Numbered from the stretch's first letter, positions 18,503 through 29,134 are shown. The stretch: 64,000 bases of DNA from a bacterium (GCA_965249485.1 OZ252239.1:2976001-3040000), one strand, 5' to 3'. Notes: generated from the letters alone by a model not told the origin. Program-made: numbers and translations.

Positions 18503-19894
18503 TTACAATGTGCTCATAAGAGCCGGATCAAGCTCATCTTTTGATTTATATTCATTAAGTTTATTCCGGAGCGTTCTCACACTGATACCAAGGGTATCTG
18601 CCGTCTTTGTACGGTTATTTTCAAGGGTTCTCAGCGTTTTGAATATAAGCTGTTTTTCCATTTCATACAGTGTCAGGTTCGTATCTTCAGAGACATACGA
18701 TTTGAAATAGTCAAAGTTATCATCTTCAAAAACAAAATTCTTCGGCTCTAAAATGTCACTGCGGGACATGATGACTGCACGCTCAATTCTGTTTTCCAAC
18801 TCACGGACATTGCCTGGCCAGTCGAGTCGCATTAGCAGGTCCATCCCCTCTTCAGAAATACCCGCTATTTCTCTGGTGTGCTCTATGTTGTATTTGCTAA
18901 TAAAATGATCAGCAAGCAGTGGAATATCTTTCTTCCGTTCTTTCAATGACGGCAGTGTGATCGGAATAACATTCAACCGATAATAGAGATCCTCATGAAA
19001 CGATCCATTGCTGATTTCTTCTTTGATTTCCCTGTTTGTTGTGGCTATAATCCGTACATCGACACTAATGCTTGCATGATCACCGACACGTTCAAATTCT
19101 TTCTCCTGCAACACTCGAAGAAGCATTGCCTGGAGCGGAGGACTCATTTCGCTGACTTCGTCTAAAAGCAGCGTTCCACCGTCCGCCGCTTCGAACCGCC
19201 CTTTTCTTGTTTTAATAGCGCCAGTAAATGCGCCCTTTTCATGACCAAACAACTCGCTTTCCATAATACCTTCCGGCAAAGCCGCACAATTTGTTTTAAT
19301 AAACGACTGTCCGTTTCTTGGACTATTAAAATGTATCGCTCGCGCAACAAGCTCTTTACCGGTTCCGCTCGGTCCTTGAATAAAAACCGTTGCTGAACTC
19401 TTTGCTACTGATTCCAGAATCTCAAAGATTTTTTTCATCCTTGTGCTTTTACCGACAATCTGATCAAAACCGTAAATACCGTCAATTTCTTTCCGCAAGT
19501 GGCGATTTTCTTCCTCTAATTTTATAAATTTAAATATTTTCTGTACTGCTATCTCTATAGCATCTGCGGAAAATGGCTTTGTTATATAATCAAATGCACC
19601 AATTTTCATCGCTTCAACTGCGTTATCTATTGTTCCGTAAGCGGTCATCATAACGACAGACGTATCCGGCTTTGCAGCTTTTACATGCTTCAACACATCC
19701 ATCCCATTGATATCAGGCATCCTGATGTCTGATATCACCAGATCAAAATTTCCATTGTTGAATTCTTCTATACCCGATTTACCATTAGGAGCAGTCGCCA
19801 GTTCGAAATCCATTCTCGACAAAGTCTCCTCCAAAAAATCCCGGATTAATGAATCATCATCGATAATGAGTATTTTCTTTCTTTCCATGCACAT
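18503..19894 (-). CDS. sigma54-dependent response regulator (REC-AAA+-HTH; FlgR/FleR/FlrC-like)
   Basis: REC motifs DD/D/K, Walker A GPSGTGKE, ESELFGHEKGAFTGA, WPGNVRELEN, Fis-type HTH LGISVRTLRNKL. Confidence 0.92.
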   Translation of the reverse strand: MCMERKKILIIDDDSLIRDFLEETLSRMDFELATAPNGKSGIEEFNNGNFDLVISDIRMPDINGMDVLKHVKAAKPDTSVVMMTAYGTIDNAVEAMKIGAFDYITKPFSADAIEIAVQKIFKFIKLEEENRHLRKEIDGIYGFDQIVGKSTRMKKIFEILESVAKSSATVFIQGPSGTGKELVARAIHFNSPRNGQSFIKTNCAALPEGIMESELFGHEKGAFTGAIKTRKGRFEAADGGTLLLDEVSEMSPPLQAMLLRVLQEKEFERVGDHASISVDVRIIATTNREIKEEISNGSFHEDLYYRLNVIPITLPSLKERKKDIPLLADHFISKYNIEHTREIAGISEEGMDLLMRLDWPGNVRELENRIERAVIMSRSDILEPKNFVFEDDNFDYFKSYVSEDTNLTLYEMEKQLIFKTLRTLENNRTKTADTLGISVRTLRNKLNEYKSKDELDPALMSTL

Positions 19895-19908
19895 TCCCTA
19901 TTAGATTT

Positions 19909-21189
19909 TTACATTGGCAAGCATATGCTAAATGTGGAACCGCCTTGCTTATTATTTTCAACAGATATGGTACCTTCGTGTGTGTCAATTATTTTTTTTA
20001 CAATCGACAATCCCAATCCTGTTCCGTCAGCTTTCGTTGTGAAAAACGGAAGAAAAAGCTTCTTCTTATCGTCATCCGGAATTCCGCTGCCAGTATCTCT
20101 AACGTATAATTCCATATGATCTGCATTCTTTTTATGTTTTATGCCGACAGTCATTTTTCCGTTATATGACATCGCCTGTACCGCATTCTTTAAAATATTT
20201 AACAAGACCTGCTCCAGGAGTTCCGGATCGATCGGAACATTCAGCGATTTATTCTTAAATTCTTTTACTATTTCAACGTTACTCTCGTCCTGTTCCAATT
20301 CAACCTGAACCAAAGCAAGAACATTATCAACAACCTGGATAATATCTTCTGGACGCTTTTTCGGACGCATCGGCCGCGTATAGACAAGAAGGTTCGTTGC
20401 TGTTTTATTAATCCGCGAAACACCTTCAATAATTTTCTGGACTAATTTTCTTCTGGGGTCTTCTCTGTCCAGGTCTCTGTCTAACAGAGCAGCGAATCCT
20501 CCGATACCACCCAACGGGTTTCGCAGTTCATGTGCTACATGTCCCGCCATTTCTCCCAGTGCTGCAAGTGTACGGGACTGTTGCACTTCTTCTTGAAGTT
20601 TTTTCATATCGCGAAGATCGCTGAAAATCTCCACAACACCAAGTGTCTCTCCGAGCTCATTTGTTACAAGAGATGTGCTGTATTCTACAGGTATTGGTTT
20701 ATTCTTCCTCGAAAAAATCTCTTTTTCCCTGTTACGTCTGTCTCTGCCTTCATGCAGGGTATATAAAGGTGTTTCATCAATCGGTACTTTCTTACCAAGG
20801 GTATCTGCGTACGGTTTGCCGACCATAGATAAAGGTGTGAATCCCGTTATTTCTGATGCAGCTTGATTGAATATCGATATAGTGCCCTCAAGATTCAGCA
20901 CCACAACTCCGAGAGACATGCTTTCGAGAATATTTTCAAGATGGTTTTTAATGGTATCCATCTTTTGCAGATTTAAATCCAGCTCATCGTTCTTTTTCGT
21001 AAGTTCGAGATCCATGACGGAGAGCTGCTCCTGCAGTTTGTCGTACGATTCCCGCAGGCGGTCTGTGTGCTCTGCAAAATATTCGAAAGCCTGGATAAGT
21101 GAGGAAATTTCCTCATTACTTACAGGCTTATCTGTATTATGATCATTTTGAGATACTGCGGATTGGGAGTTTTCTTGATTTTTACCCAT
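19909..21189 (-). CDS. Soluble PAS sensor histidine kinase (FlgS/FleS/FlrB-like)
   Basis: Coiled coil, PAS, H-box AHELRNPLG, N-box NILKNAVQA, DTGSG, FFTTK..GTGLGL; no TM. Start placed at ATG 21189 (ORF track gives 21261). Confidence 0.88.
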   Translation of the reverse strand: MGKNQENSQSAVSQNDHNTDKPVSNEEISSLIQAFEYFAEHTDRLRESYDKLQEQLSVMDLELTKKNDELDLNLQKMDTIKNHLENILESMSLGVVVLNLEGTISIFNQAASEITGFTPLSMVGKPYADTLGKKVPIDETPLYTLHEGRDRRNREKEIFSRKNKPIPVEYSTSLVTNELGETLGVVEIFSDLRDMKKLQEEVQQSRTLAALGEMAGHVAHELRNPLGGIGGFAALLDRDLDREDPRRKLVQKIIEGVSRINKTATNLLVYTRPMRPKKRPEDIIQVVDNVLALVQVELEQDESNVEIVKEFKNKSLNVPIDPELLEQVLLNILKNAVQAMSYNGKMTVGIKHKKNADHMELYVRDTGSGIPDDDKKKLFLPFFTTKADGTGLGLSIVKKIIDTHEGTISVENNKQGGSTFSICLPM

Positions 21190-21405
21190 GCAGAAAAGTG
21201 TTGAAATAGTTTCTCGCCCAAATTTGAGTATAAAGTTATCATTGAATTCGGGCAAAGTCAAGCTAAAAGAGTGTTTTTACTCTGTTCTTCAAATCTTTTA
21301 TAAAGAATAATTTCTGAATAATGAGATACATATTGCCATTGATAATTATTAAAATAATTGATAATTTGCATAGCTTTTTTATGTATAACTATATCCGAGT
21401 TACCG

Positions 21406-22824
21406 ATGCCTGAACCTATTGTATTCGATGAAAATGGATATCTAGTATTTAAAATTAACTGGAAACGACTACTCAAAGTTTTCATAGTCCTTTTCCTCTC
21501 TATTTCATCATATTTCCTCCCGATTCCTGAACTTACTGAAGCATCCAGATTGTGTCTTATGATATTTATCGGAGCTGCGGGACTTTGGATTACCGAAGCT
21601 ATTCCGCCATTTGCAACTGGCATTATGGTTATCGTACTAAACGTATACCTTCTCGGAAGACCCGAAGGACCTCTGAATTTTGCACTGACAGGTACTGATA
21701 GTTATCAGGTATTTTTGAACCCGATAGCAAGTCCAGTTATTGTGCTTTTCTTTGGTGGATTTATTCTTGCAATTGCGGCAACAAAGCATGGACTGGATGT
21801 CAGACTTGCCAAAGCGTTCATCAAGCCGTTCGGAACGCATCCCCGCATGGTATTACTCGGCATTATTTCAACCACTGCCCTCTTTTCAATGTTTATGTCG
21901 AACACAGCCACCACTGCAATGATGATCGCAATTTTGCATCCCCTTTTTAAGCATTTCAAGAGCAGGACACCATTTAAGCGGGCACTTGTCTTATCGGTAC
22001 CGTTTGCTGCAAATATCGGAGGCATCGGAACAATTATAGGGACGCCGCCGAATGCTGTTGCAGCTAGTATCCTGGCAGGAATGGGAAATTCAATATCATT
22101 TACAAAATGGATGATTATTGCAGTCCCGTTCGTTATCCTACTAGAGTTGATACTCTGGCTGATCCTTATTGCAGTTTTTAAACCACGAAAAGAACATTTT
22201 GAAATCTTATTTCCGGATAACTTACAACTGACATGGGACCTTGTTGTCGTAGTTGCGACATTCTCTTTGACTATACTGCTTTGGCTGACTGAACCACTTC
22301 ACCATATTCCTTCGGCAGTTACCGCACTTCTTCCTATCATGATCTTTACCATGTCAGGTATTATTGATAGAAAAGATTTAAAATTAATTGATTGGGATGT
22401 AATAATATTAGTTGCGGGCGGATTGACTCTCGGTGTATCAATGAGCCGATCGGGATTGTCAGAATTTTTGGTAAGTCAAATGTCATTTTTACCCATGACC
22501 CCCTTAATTATTATAGGTGCATTTGTTGTATTGTCACTCGTTCTCTCGAATTTCATGAGTAACACTGCGGCTGCAAACCTCATAATACCTATAATTGTTT
22601 CATTCGCAATGATAGATCCTCGTCTCGGCGCCATAGCTGTCGCATTTGCCTGCTCATTTGCTATGAGTCTTCCGGTCAGTACCCCTCCTAACACCATTGC
22701 ATTTGCTACGAGGGAAATAACCACAAAAGAAATGGCGCAATATGGAACACTCATGTCAATGATTGGAATGCTGATAATTTTGGGAGGACTTGTCATTCTA
22801 AACAATTATTTCAATATTCTTTAA
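21406..22824 (+). CDS. SLC13/DASS family divalent anion:Na+ symporter
   Basis: Many TMs; SNTATT, GTPPNA, SNTAAA and STPPN motifs. Start placed at ATG 21406. Confidence 0.9.
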   Translation: MPEPIVFDENGYLVFKINWKRLLKVFIVLFLSISSYFLPIPELTEASRLCLMIFIGAAGLWITEAIPPFATGIMVIVLNVYLLGRPEGPLNFALTGTDSYQVFLNPIASPVIVLFFGGFILAIAATKHGLDVRLAKAFIKPFGTHPRMVLLGIISTTALFSMFMSNTATTAMMIAILHPLFKHFKSRTPFKRALVLSVPFAANIGGIGTIIGTPPNAVAASILAGMGNSISFTKWMIIAVPFVILLELILWLILIAVFKPRKEHFEILFPDNLQLTWDLVVVVATFSLTILLWLTEPLHHIPSAVTALLPIMIFTMSGIIDRKDLKLIDWDVIILVAGGLTLGVSMSRSGLSEFLVSQMSFLPMTPLIIIGAFVVLSLVLSNFMSNTAAANLIIPIIVSFAMIDPRLGAIAVAFACSFAMSLPVSTPPNTIAFATREITTKEMAQYGTLMSMIGMLIILGGLVILNNYFNIL

Positions 22825-23129
22825 ATTTTAGTTATAAATAATTCCTTGCAATAACGGTGTATTATCACAGATTCACAGAACTTGTAAATTTTTAAAAAAT
22901 GTCCAAAATATTTATTAATATCCAAATATTCAATCGTTAATACAATTTTTAAATTTTCATTTCAAATTATTACAAATCACTAAAAATCACTTGATTTTAA
23001 TTTTTTAATGTACTTATTTTAGCGATTAACTCAATATAAAAATCTCCTGAATCTAAATTCGATCCTTACTGACTTCATATTATTATTTGAGTTATACGAT
23101 CAATTATTTATAATTATGAAGGGCTTATA

Positions 23130-23316
23130 ATGGCGGTTGATTCTGTCCCCATAGGAGCTAGACCGGCACCGAGCGCACCCGCAACACGAACAAGGTTGCC
23201 ACGGGCACAAAAGCAGGTTCATACCGGAGCTTCGATTCGGAGAAGCCCTGTTGTAAATACAAAATCAACATTACCGACATCGGGTAATGGGTAATAAGGT
23301 AAATATTCTCGCTTGA
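23130..23316 (+). pseudogene. Small Pro/Arg-rich ORF, probably frameshifted near its 3' end
   Basis: GC-richer ORF in an AT-rich spacer, MAVDSVPIGARPAP...TSGNG* (stop 23292-23294). The +1 frame continues MGNKVNILA* to 23316. Confidence 0.4.
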
Positions 23317-23490
23317 AAGTTAATTCTGGTACATCTTGACTGCGTCTGATTGGTTTAATTCAGGCTTGATTAACACAATTATCTTGCGACTTATCCTCTT
23401 AAAAAATTACCAATTCTGTGAAATAGAAATTTCTTACCGTTTCAAATAATTATTGACGAATTTCCCATTCTCTCTACCCTTAAGTATTGT

Positions 23491-24966
23491 TCACTTTCTG
23501 TTATTCCTTGCAGGAAATCCCAAAATTCCTATTCTATCTTTATAGTCAAATCTATTGCCTTCGATATCGGTCAAATCCATAGCAGGTGTTTTCCCGGAAG
23601 TCGCATAGGTGACTCCTATGAGGACGAGCAAACCAATTACCACTGCAACTAATTCTGCCGGATACGTCGACTGAGAAAAATCCAGAACCAACCAGCTCAC
23701 AACACCGGTTACGATACTTGCAATTGCAGCAGGTGTATTCGTTTTTTTCCAGTAAATTGCTGCTGTCATTGGACCTATAAGACCGACAAATAAAATTGAA
23801 AATGATTTGACCATAAGTTGGTAAACATTTTGAAAATAGAGAGCAGTCATTAAGCTTAATATCCCTATAACCACTATGGACCAGCGAATCGACCACAATA
23901 ACCGCTTTTCAGTCATGTCTGGCCTGATTAACTTAAGAATGTTCTGACCGAATATCGAAGCGGGCGCTAAGATGCCGCCGTCGGCAGAACTCATCAATGC
24001 AGAAAACAATGCACCTACAAAAATAGCCATTGCAGCCGGAGGAAGATATTTTATGCCGAGCGCTGGAAGGACAAATTCCGGATCCGACAACTCAGGTAAA
24101 AGCACAGAACCTGCAATCCCCAACATAACGGGAATCATTGCAATGGTAAGATAGAGAAATGTAGAAATGTACATACTCCACTGAGCTACACGTTCATCTC
24201 TGGAACTGAATGCACGTTGAAGCAAATCCTGAGAGGCAATATTTCCTAAACCAATGACGAGTATACCCTGTGAAAACCAAAGCCAATCTAATAAGGAATT
24301 GTCCGGCAAAACGGTAAAAAAACTTTCCGGTACATTGATTTGCAGAGCACTGAGCCCCCCGACCTCATTCATCACCACCGGATATAATATCAATAGCCCG
24401 ACAATTATCACTAAAGCCTGAATGAAATCTGTCAAGGTAACAGCCCACATACCACCAGCAAAAGTATAAACCAACGTGACTACAGCACTAATACTTATAG
24501 CAAGCGTTGTGTCCATTCCTGTTATGGTGTGCAGAACATACCCAAAAGCCACAAATATTGATGCAACCCAGCCTATGTATGCCGGAATTATACAAGCAGC
24601 GCATAAGATTTCAGACCATTTTCCAAAACGGCGGCGGAATAAATCAGGTAGTGTAAATAGACGTAACCTACGGAGAATCCGTACATAAAACAAACCTGAG
24701 AGAAACAGACATATTGCCGAGCCAAACGGATTCGCCAATACACCAGGCAGTCCTTTACTATATGCAGCACCAGCAGCACCTATCAATGTCCCTGATCCAA
24801 ACCAGGTGGCAAAAACGGTAAATACGCACAACCAAAGTGGTAGCCTTCGTCCAGCAATTATGAAATCGGAACTGTTTTTTATATTTCTACTCGCATACAA
24901 TCCTACGAATATGAGAATTCCGACATAAACAATAGAACCAATTAAAATAATTTCCGTCGTACTCAC
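23491..24966 (-). CDS. Sodium:solute symporter (SSS/SLC5; choline- or proline-like)
   Basis: DFIIAGRRLP, ATWFGS, YTFAGGMWAVTLTDFIQ, SALMSSAD; ~13 TMs. Confidence 0.9.
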   Translation of the reverse strand: MSTTEIILIGSIVYVGILIFVGLYASRNIKNSSDFIIAGRRLPLWLCVFTVFATWFGSGTLIGAAGAAYSKGLPGVLANPFGSAICLFLSGLFYVRILRRLRLFTLPDLFRRRFGKWSEILCAACIIPAYIGWVASIFVAFGYVLHTITGMDTTLAISISAVVTLVYTFAGGMWAVTLTDFIQALVIIVGLLILYPVVMNEVGGLSALQINVPESFFTVLPDNSLLDWLWFSQGILVIGLGNIASQDLLQRAFSSRDERVAQWSMYISTFLYLTIAMIPVMLGIAGSVLLPELSDPEFVLPALGIKYLPPAAMAIFVGALFSALMSSADGGILAPASIFGQNILKLIRPDMTEKRLLWSIRWSIVVIGILSLMTALYFQNVYQLMVKSFSILFVGLIGPMTAAIYWKKTNTPAAIASIVTGVVSWLVLDFSQSTYPAELVAVVIGLLVLIGVTYATSGKTPAMDLTDIEGNRFDYKDRIGILGFPARNNRK

Positions 24967-25137
24967 GAATTGCTCCTTTCCGGATTAGGTTGCTAATTTC
25001 GCTTCATATTATCGCAGGACTGCCAGATGAAATTTTACTTTCTCTACTTTATTCAATTCTGCACACAATTGAAAAAACATCTTATTGTCAATTACAATTA
25101 TTATGTTTTCAACAATACACAAACGGCAGTAAATGTC

Positions 25138-26110
25138 TTACTTATCTACAGGTTTTTTCCGTTCCCATGGCTTCCAGTCTATACCACGCACATATTTCTG
25201 CATCCATTTAATTTCCTCGATGTTGAGAATACGTTCTAACCGGGGTTCACTGACGCCATGTCCCTGGCGTGGCAATTTAATGTACTTGACGGGAGCATTT
25301 CCAATATCCTTAATTGCGGTAAAATACATAAGGCTCTGTCCAACACTGCTTGTTTGATCATTGCCGCCATGCAGAAGTAATGTTGCAGTAGTGACGTTTT
25401 CAACATGAGTGATCGCTGGATTGTTTTACCCATTCTTTTGAATTTGTCCACGGTTTTTCTCCGATATACCAAAGTCCTACGTCAAAACTAAAACCGGGTC
25501 CGATTTCGCCATCCCAATTTAAAACACCGGCACCCACAGATGCGGCCTTGAAGCGCTGTGTTTGAGTTATCGTATAACCGCTGCTGACCCCTCCCCAACT
25601 CCAACCATGTATACCGAGCTGATCCGGATCAATATACCCTAAATTGATGACATGGTCAACACCATTCATCAAATCATAATATTCTCAGTTGTCAACCTTC
25701 CCTATAAGTCCGATCAATATTTCATTGCCATAGCCGCTGCTCCCCCTGACATTCGGTCCGAAGACTTCATATCCAAAACCGGTATATATATGGAAACCTG
25801 TCCTGAACCGGTTGGAAAAATATCCAGAGGGTCCTCCATGAACAAATAAAACAAGGGGAATTTTAGCTCCTTCCCGATAATCTCCAGGCAGATAAAACAC
25901 TCATTCAATCTCCATTCCCCCCTTGCTTTTCCAGCGTAACGTTTCCGCTTTTCCCAATCTTATTTCTTCCTTGATCCAGGGATTTGCATTCGTTAATTGA
26001 ACCGGGTTAAAATTATCTACCGAAGATACATAAATATCATCAGGCGTATTAAAATCGCTGTACGAATAGACCATTTTAGTGCGGTCTTTTGAAAAACTGA
26101 GAGCCCTGTA
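25138..26110 (-). pseudogene. S9 prolyl oligopeptidase/acylaminoacyl peptidase pseudogene
   Basis: Fragments VHGGP, NVRGSSGYG, GWSWGG (catalytic Ser), QGHG (His) in different frames; TGA at 25901-25903; most of the propeller domain is missing. Confidence 0.88.
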
Positions 26111-26473
26111 TGACGATTAAATAACTGAAGTACAATTGCTGTCACCTACGGTGCCAACACACACCCCAGGAAGTGTCGGATACATGCCGTTTGTTTATTT
26201 CCGTTATATGTTCGGTTTTTATGATTATAAAGAGAGCACTGTGGTATGTATATATTGATAACTCTCTGGGCAGTACGATTTGAGAACTATTCTATTTGAA
26301 TTATTAATATCCTTACTCAAAATATTGTTTTATATTTGTTCATCAAGTATCTATTGTTATATTAGTGAAGTAATTCAGTAAAAATTAAAATACTCCTCAT
26401 CAAGTGCTCAAAGTAGAAATTATCAAACTCAATAATCATTCGTAGTATAATTTAATATAGGAGGTAACTAATA

Positions 26474-27856
26474 ATGTTACGAAAATTACAATTAGTTATG
26501 TTTGTCGTTTTGGCGAGTTTTATTTACGGTAACGTGACCGCTCAGAATATACGGTTGAATGCAGGTCAGGATATCAGAAATATAATCCCCATGCGTGAAA
26601 GAGTACAAGTTGAGCAAAGATTCTGGGACTGGAAAAGGGAAAATCTTCTTCCTGAAATTATGCGCGAACAGGGTGTCGATTTATGGATCGTTCGCAATAA
26701 TGAAGAGCCACTTTACCGCATGACATCATACAAAGAGCACCCTGTATTTACCTCATTACTGCCTGCAAATCATGAGGGGATGGTTTTACCGAGTAAATTT
26801 GCGAAGTCGTCAATGGACGTACCTGATTTTTTATTTTATTATGATACCGGTGGTGACATCGAATACTTTGAACCCCAGAGCTATAATGAGATATCCGATC
26901 TCGTAAGAGAACGGGATCCCAAAAAGATTGCTATTAGCCGGAATGACAGCGATGACATGAAGAAGGCTCTTGGAAGCAAATATGCTTCACGAGCGATCGA
27001 TTCATGGACACTTGGCGTCAGATGGCTGGAAACAAATTCACTTGACCAGATCAATACTTACAGGTTTGTGCAAGGTTTGCATAATGACATTATTGCTATG
27101 GGATTTTCAAACGCTGTAGTGGTACCGGATATTACTACAACGGATGATCTCAATTGGTGGTTCAGGCACACATATCTTGAACTTGATATAGAAATTGAGA
27201 ACCATCCATCTGTGAGAGTACAGCGGAGACCTGAATATGTGAAATATTATGGTGATTCACCCGAGGATTTCATAAGAAACAGTGGTAATGTAGTTATACG
27301 GCGCGGTGACATTATAAGCCTTGATTCCGATATTATGGTCATGGGACTAATTACCGATTCACATCAGCATGCATATGTACTGCTAAAAGGCGAGAACGAT
27401 GTCCCGGAAGATCTTAAAGAAGCAATGCGGCTTACCAACCATATGCAGGACGAATTCAGAAAAGAATTCATTGTAGGACGAACAGGTAAAGAAATCGTTG
27501 AAGCAACCAAGTCGATTCCGAGAGATCCTCGTATCATCAGTTCAAACCTTGGTTTTCACCCACCCCCCAAGTTTATCAGAAGATTTTCTGAAAATGGCCT
27601 TATGTTCTCACGCGGATCATATGTTGCAGGACTCTCATCCGGTCCCGGTTATAAACTTCACCCCATTGTCAGCAACGAGCATAAACTGTATTACAATACC
27701 ATGTACGCTTATGAACCGCATACGCGTGTTCGAGTCCCAGGATGGGGCGAAACAGGAGTCGAATTGGGAATCGGTCAAATGACGGTGTTTACAGAAAATG
27801 GTATGGAATATCTTGACCGGCCCCAGTATTCCCCTCTCTCTACGGTAATGACTTAA
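26474..27856 (+). CDS. Secreted M24-like (Xaa-Pro aminopeptidase-related) protein
   Basis: Signal peptide; LPEIMREQGVDLWIV; GDIISLD...TDSHQHAYVL; YAYEP; GGAGG RBS. Confidence 0.7.
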   Translation: MLRKLQLVMFVVLASFIYGNVTAQNIRLNAGQDIRNIIPMRERVQVEQRFWDWKRENLLPEIMREQGVDLWIVRNNEEPLYRMTSYKEHPVFTSLLPANHEGMVLPSKFAKSSMDVPDFLFYYDTGGDIEYFEPQSYNEISDLVRERDPKKIAISRNDSDDMKKALGSKYASRAIDSWTLGVRWLETNSLDQINTYRFVQGLHNDIIAMGFSNAVVVPDITTTDDLNWWFRHTYLELDIEIENHPSVRVQRRPEYVKYYGDSPEDFIRNSGNVVIRRGDIISLDSDIMVMGLITDSHQHAYVLLKGENDVPEDLKEAMRLTNHMQDEFRKEFIVGRTGKEIVEATKSIPRDPRIISSNLGFHPPPKFIRRFSENGLMFSRGSYVAGLSSGPGYKLHPIVSNEHKLYYNTMYAYEPHTRVRVPGWGETGVELGIGQMTVFTENGMEYLDRPQYSPLSTVMT

Positions 27857-28200
27857 GATGGGGTGGAATATGTTGCACGACCGGACAATTCCTGGCATGT
27901 TGTAAAATAAAAAACATCTTTATTTGTACTGTCTGTATTATTTTTTCAGAAACAAAAATGTACGTGTAGGTAGATAAATGGCAACAATGTGGGACTCCTG
28001 ACCATGCTATAATGGAGTACACATAAATGAAATGGTAAGAATGAAATACTTTCACCTTAGTTTAACCAATTAAGATTGATCATTATGATTCAATGAAACT
28101 ACTTAAAATAAGTGCTTTTTGGTGGGAATAGTGGTTGGCATATCACTTATTACTAACAAAACAGGGACTCAGAATAGTATCTAAGCCCCTGTTATTACTT

Positions 28201-28250
28201 TAGTAGCGGAGACAGGATTTGAACCTGTGACCTTTGGGTTGTGAGCCCAA
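28201..28250 (-). repeat. Duplicate of the tRNA-fMet 3' end (att-like direct repeat)
   Basis: 50 bp matching 29058-29107 with 2 mismatches. Confidence 0.9.
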
Positions 28251-28345
28251 ATATGTTTTTCAATGCGATACACAGTTCATAGCAATATATTCTTTACTCT
28301 GTAAATGTCACTGTAATTCTCGAAAATCGGTAACAATGCCAAGTT

Positions 28346-28696
28346 TTACCTTTTTGATAGTAACTTCGCTTCCACCGACCCTCCTCTTCGCAAATTTATG
28401 AGTGTATAGGGATAATAAGGATTATCGCCGCCAAAACTCTGCACCACTCTGATTTCATCCACGTGCTGCCAGAGATGAACTTCCCACTCATCGAATGAGT
28501 CAACTTCCCACAGAGATTGATCTTCTAACAAAATAAATTTACCTCCATCTGTAAGTTGTGACACGTAATGAAGTCCTCTGTCGAAGTAATGGAAGTCGGG
28601 TTCAGAAATGTTTTTTGTTGCGGAACAGCCTGATAATACGAATACACCGGCTGCCGTTAACACCATAAGTAATCGAGTATGAATTTTGGTAACCAA
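28346..28696 (-). CDS. Hypothetical lipoprotein
   Basis: Lipobox VLSG-C after a hydrophobic stretch; GGAGG RBS upstream. Confidence 0.65.
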   Translation of the reverse strand: MVTKIHTRLLMVLTAAGVFVLSGCSATKNISEPDFHYFDRGLHYVSQLTDGGKFILLEDQSLWEVDSFDEWEVHLWQHVDEIRVVQSFGGDNPYYPYTLINLRRGGSVEAKLLSKR

Positions 28697-29060
28697 AGTA
28701 AACCCTCCTGTTTAGAAATGGGTTTGTGTTTAAAAATGTTTTGTGTGCCATAGGACCCACATTTACTTAAACATATAAAATCAATTTATTATTCCAAAAA
28801 TTTTTCACCTATTTTCACGAGGGGTTATAAATGTGATGCGTGCGTCCGGAATGATAGGGTACGTCACCAATTCTCATAAATATAAATCTAAATGAATCTG
28901 TATTAAGTTGAAATAGTATTTTCAATACATTTTGATCTGATTTTATACTAAAAGTTATTGTAGCAAAAGCGATGTTGTGAGGGAATAGTGTGTGGAATAA
29001 GACATTGTGACAATAAAAAAGGACTCAAGCATCACACCTAAGTCCTTTACTTACAAGTAG

Positions 29061-29134
29061 TAGCGGGGACAGGATTTGAACCTGTGACCTTTGGGTTATG
29101 AGCCCAACGAGCAACCAGACTGCTCCACCCCGCA
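29061..29134 (-). tRNA. tRNA-Met (initiator fMet, anticodon CAT), CCA not encoded
   Basis: TGCGGGGTGGAGCAGTCTGGTTGCTCGTTGGGCTCATAACCCAAAGGTCACAGGTTCAAATCCTGTCCCCGCTA; three G-C pairs in the anticodon stem, 1:72 mismatch, GGTTCAAATCC T arm. Confidence 0.97.

Larger units (their letters stand above)
28201..29107. mobile_element. Remnant integrative element at tRNA-fMet (no integrase)
   Basis: ~860 bp segment bounded by direct repeats of the tRNA 3' end; carries one lipoprotein gene. Confidence 0.65.
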
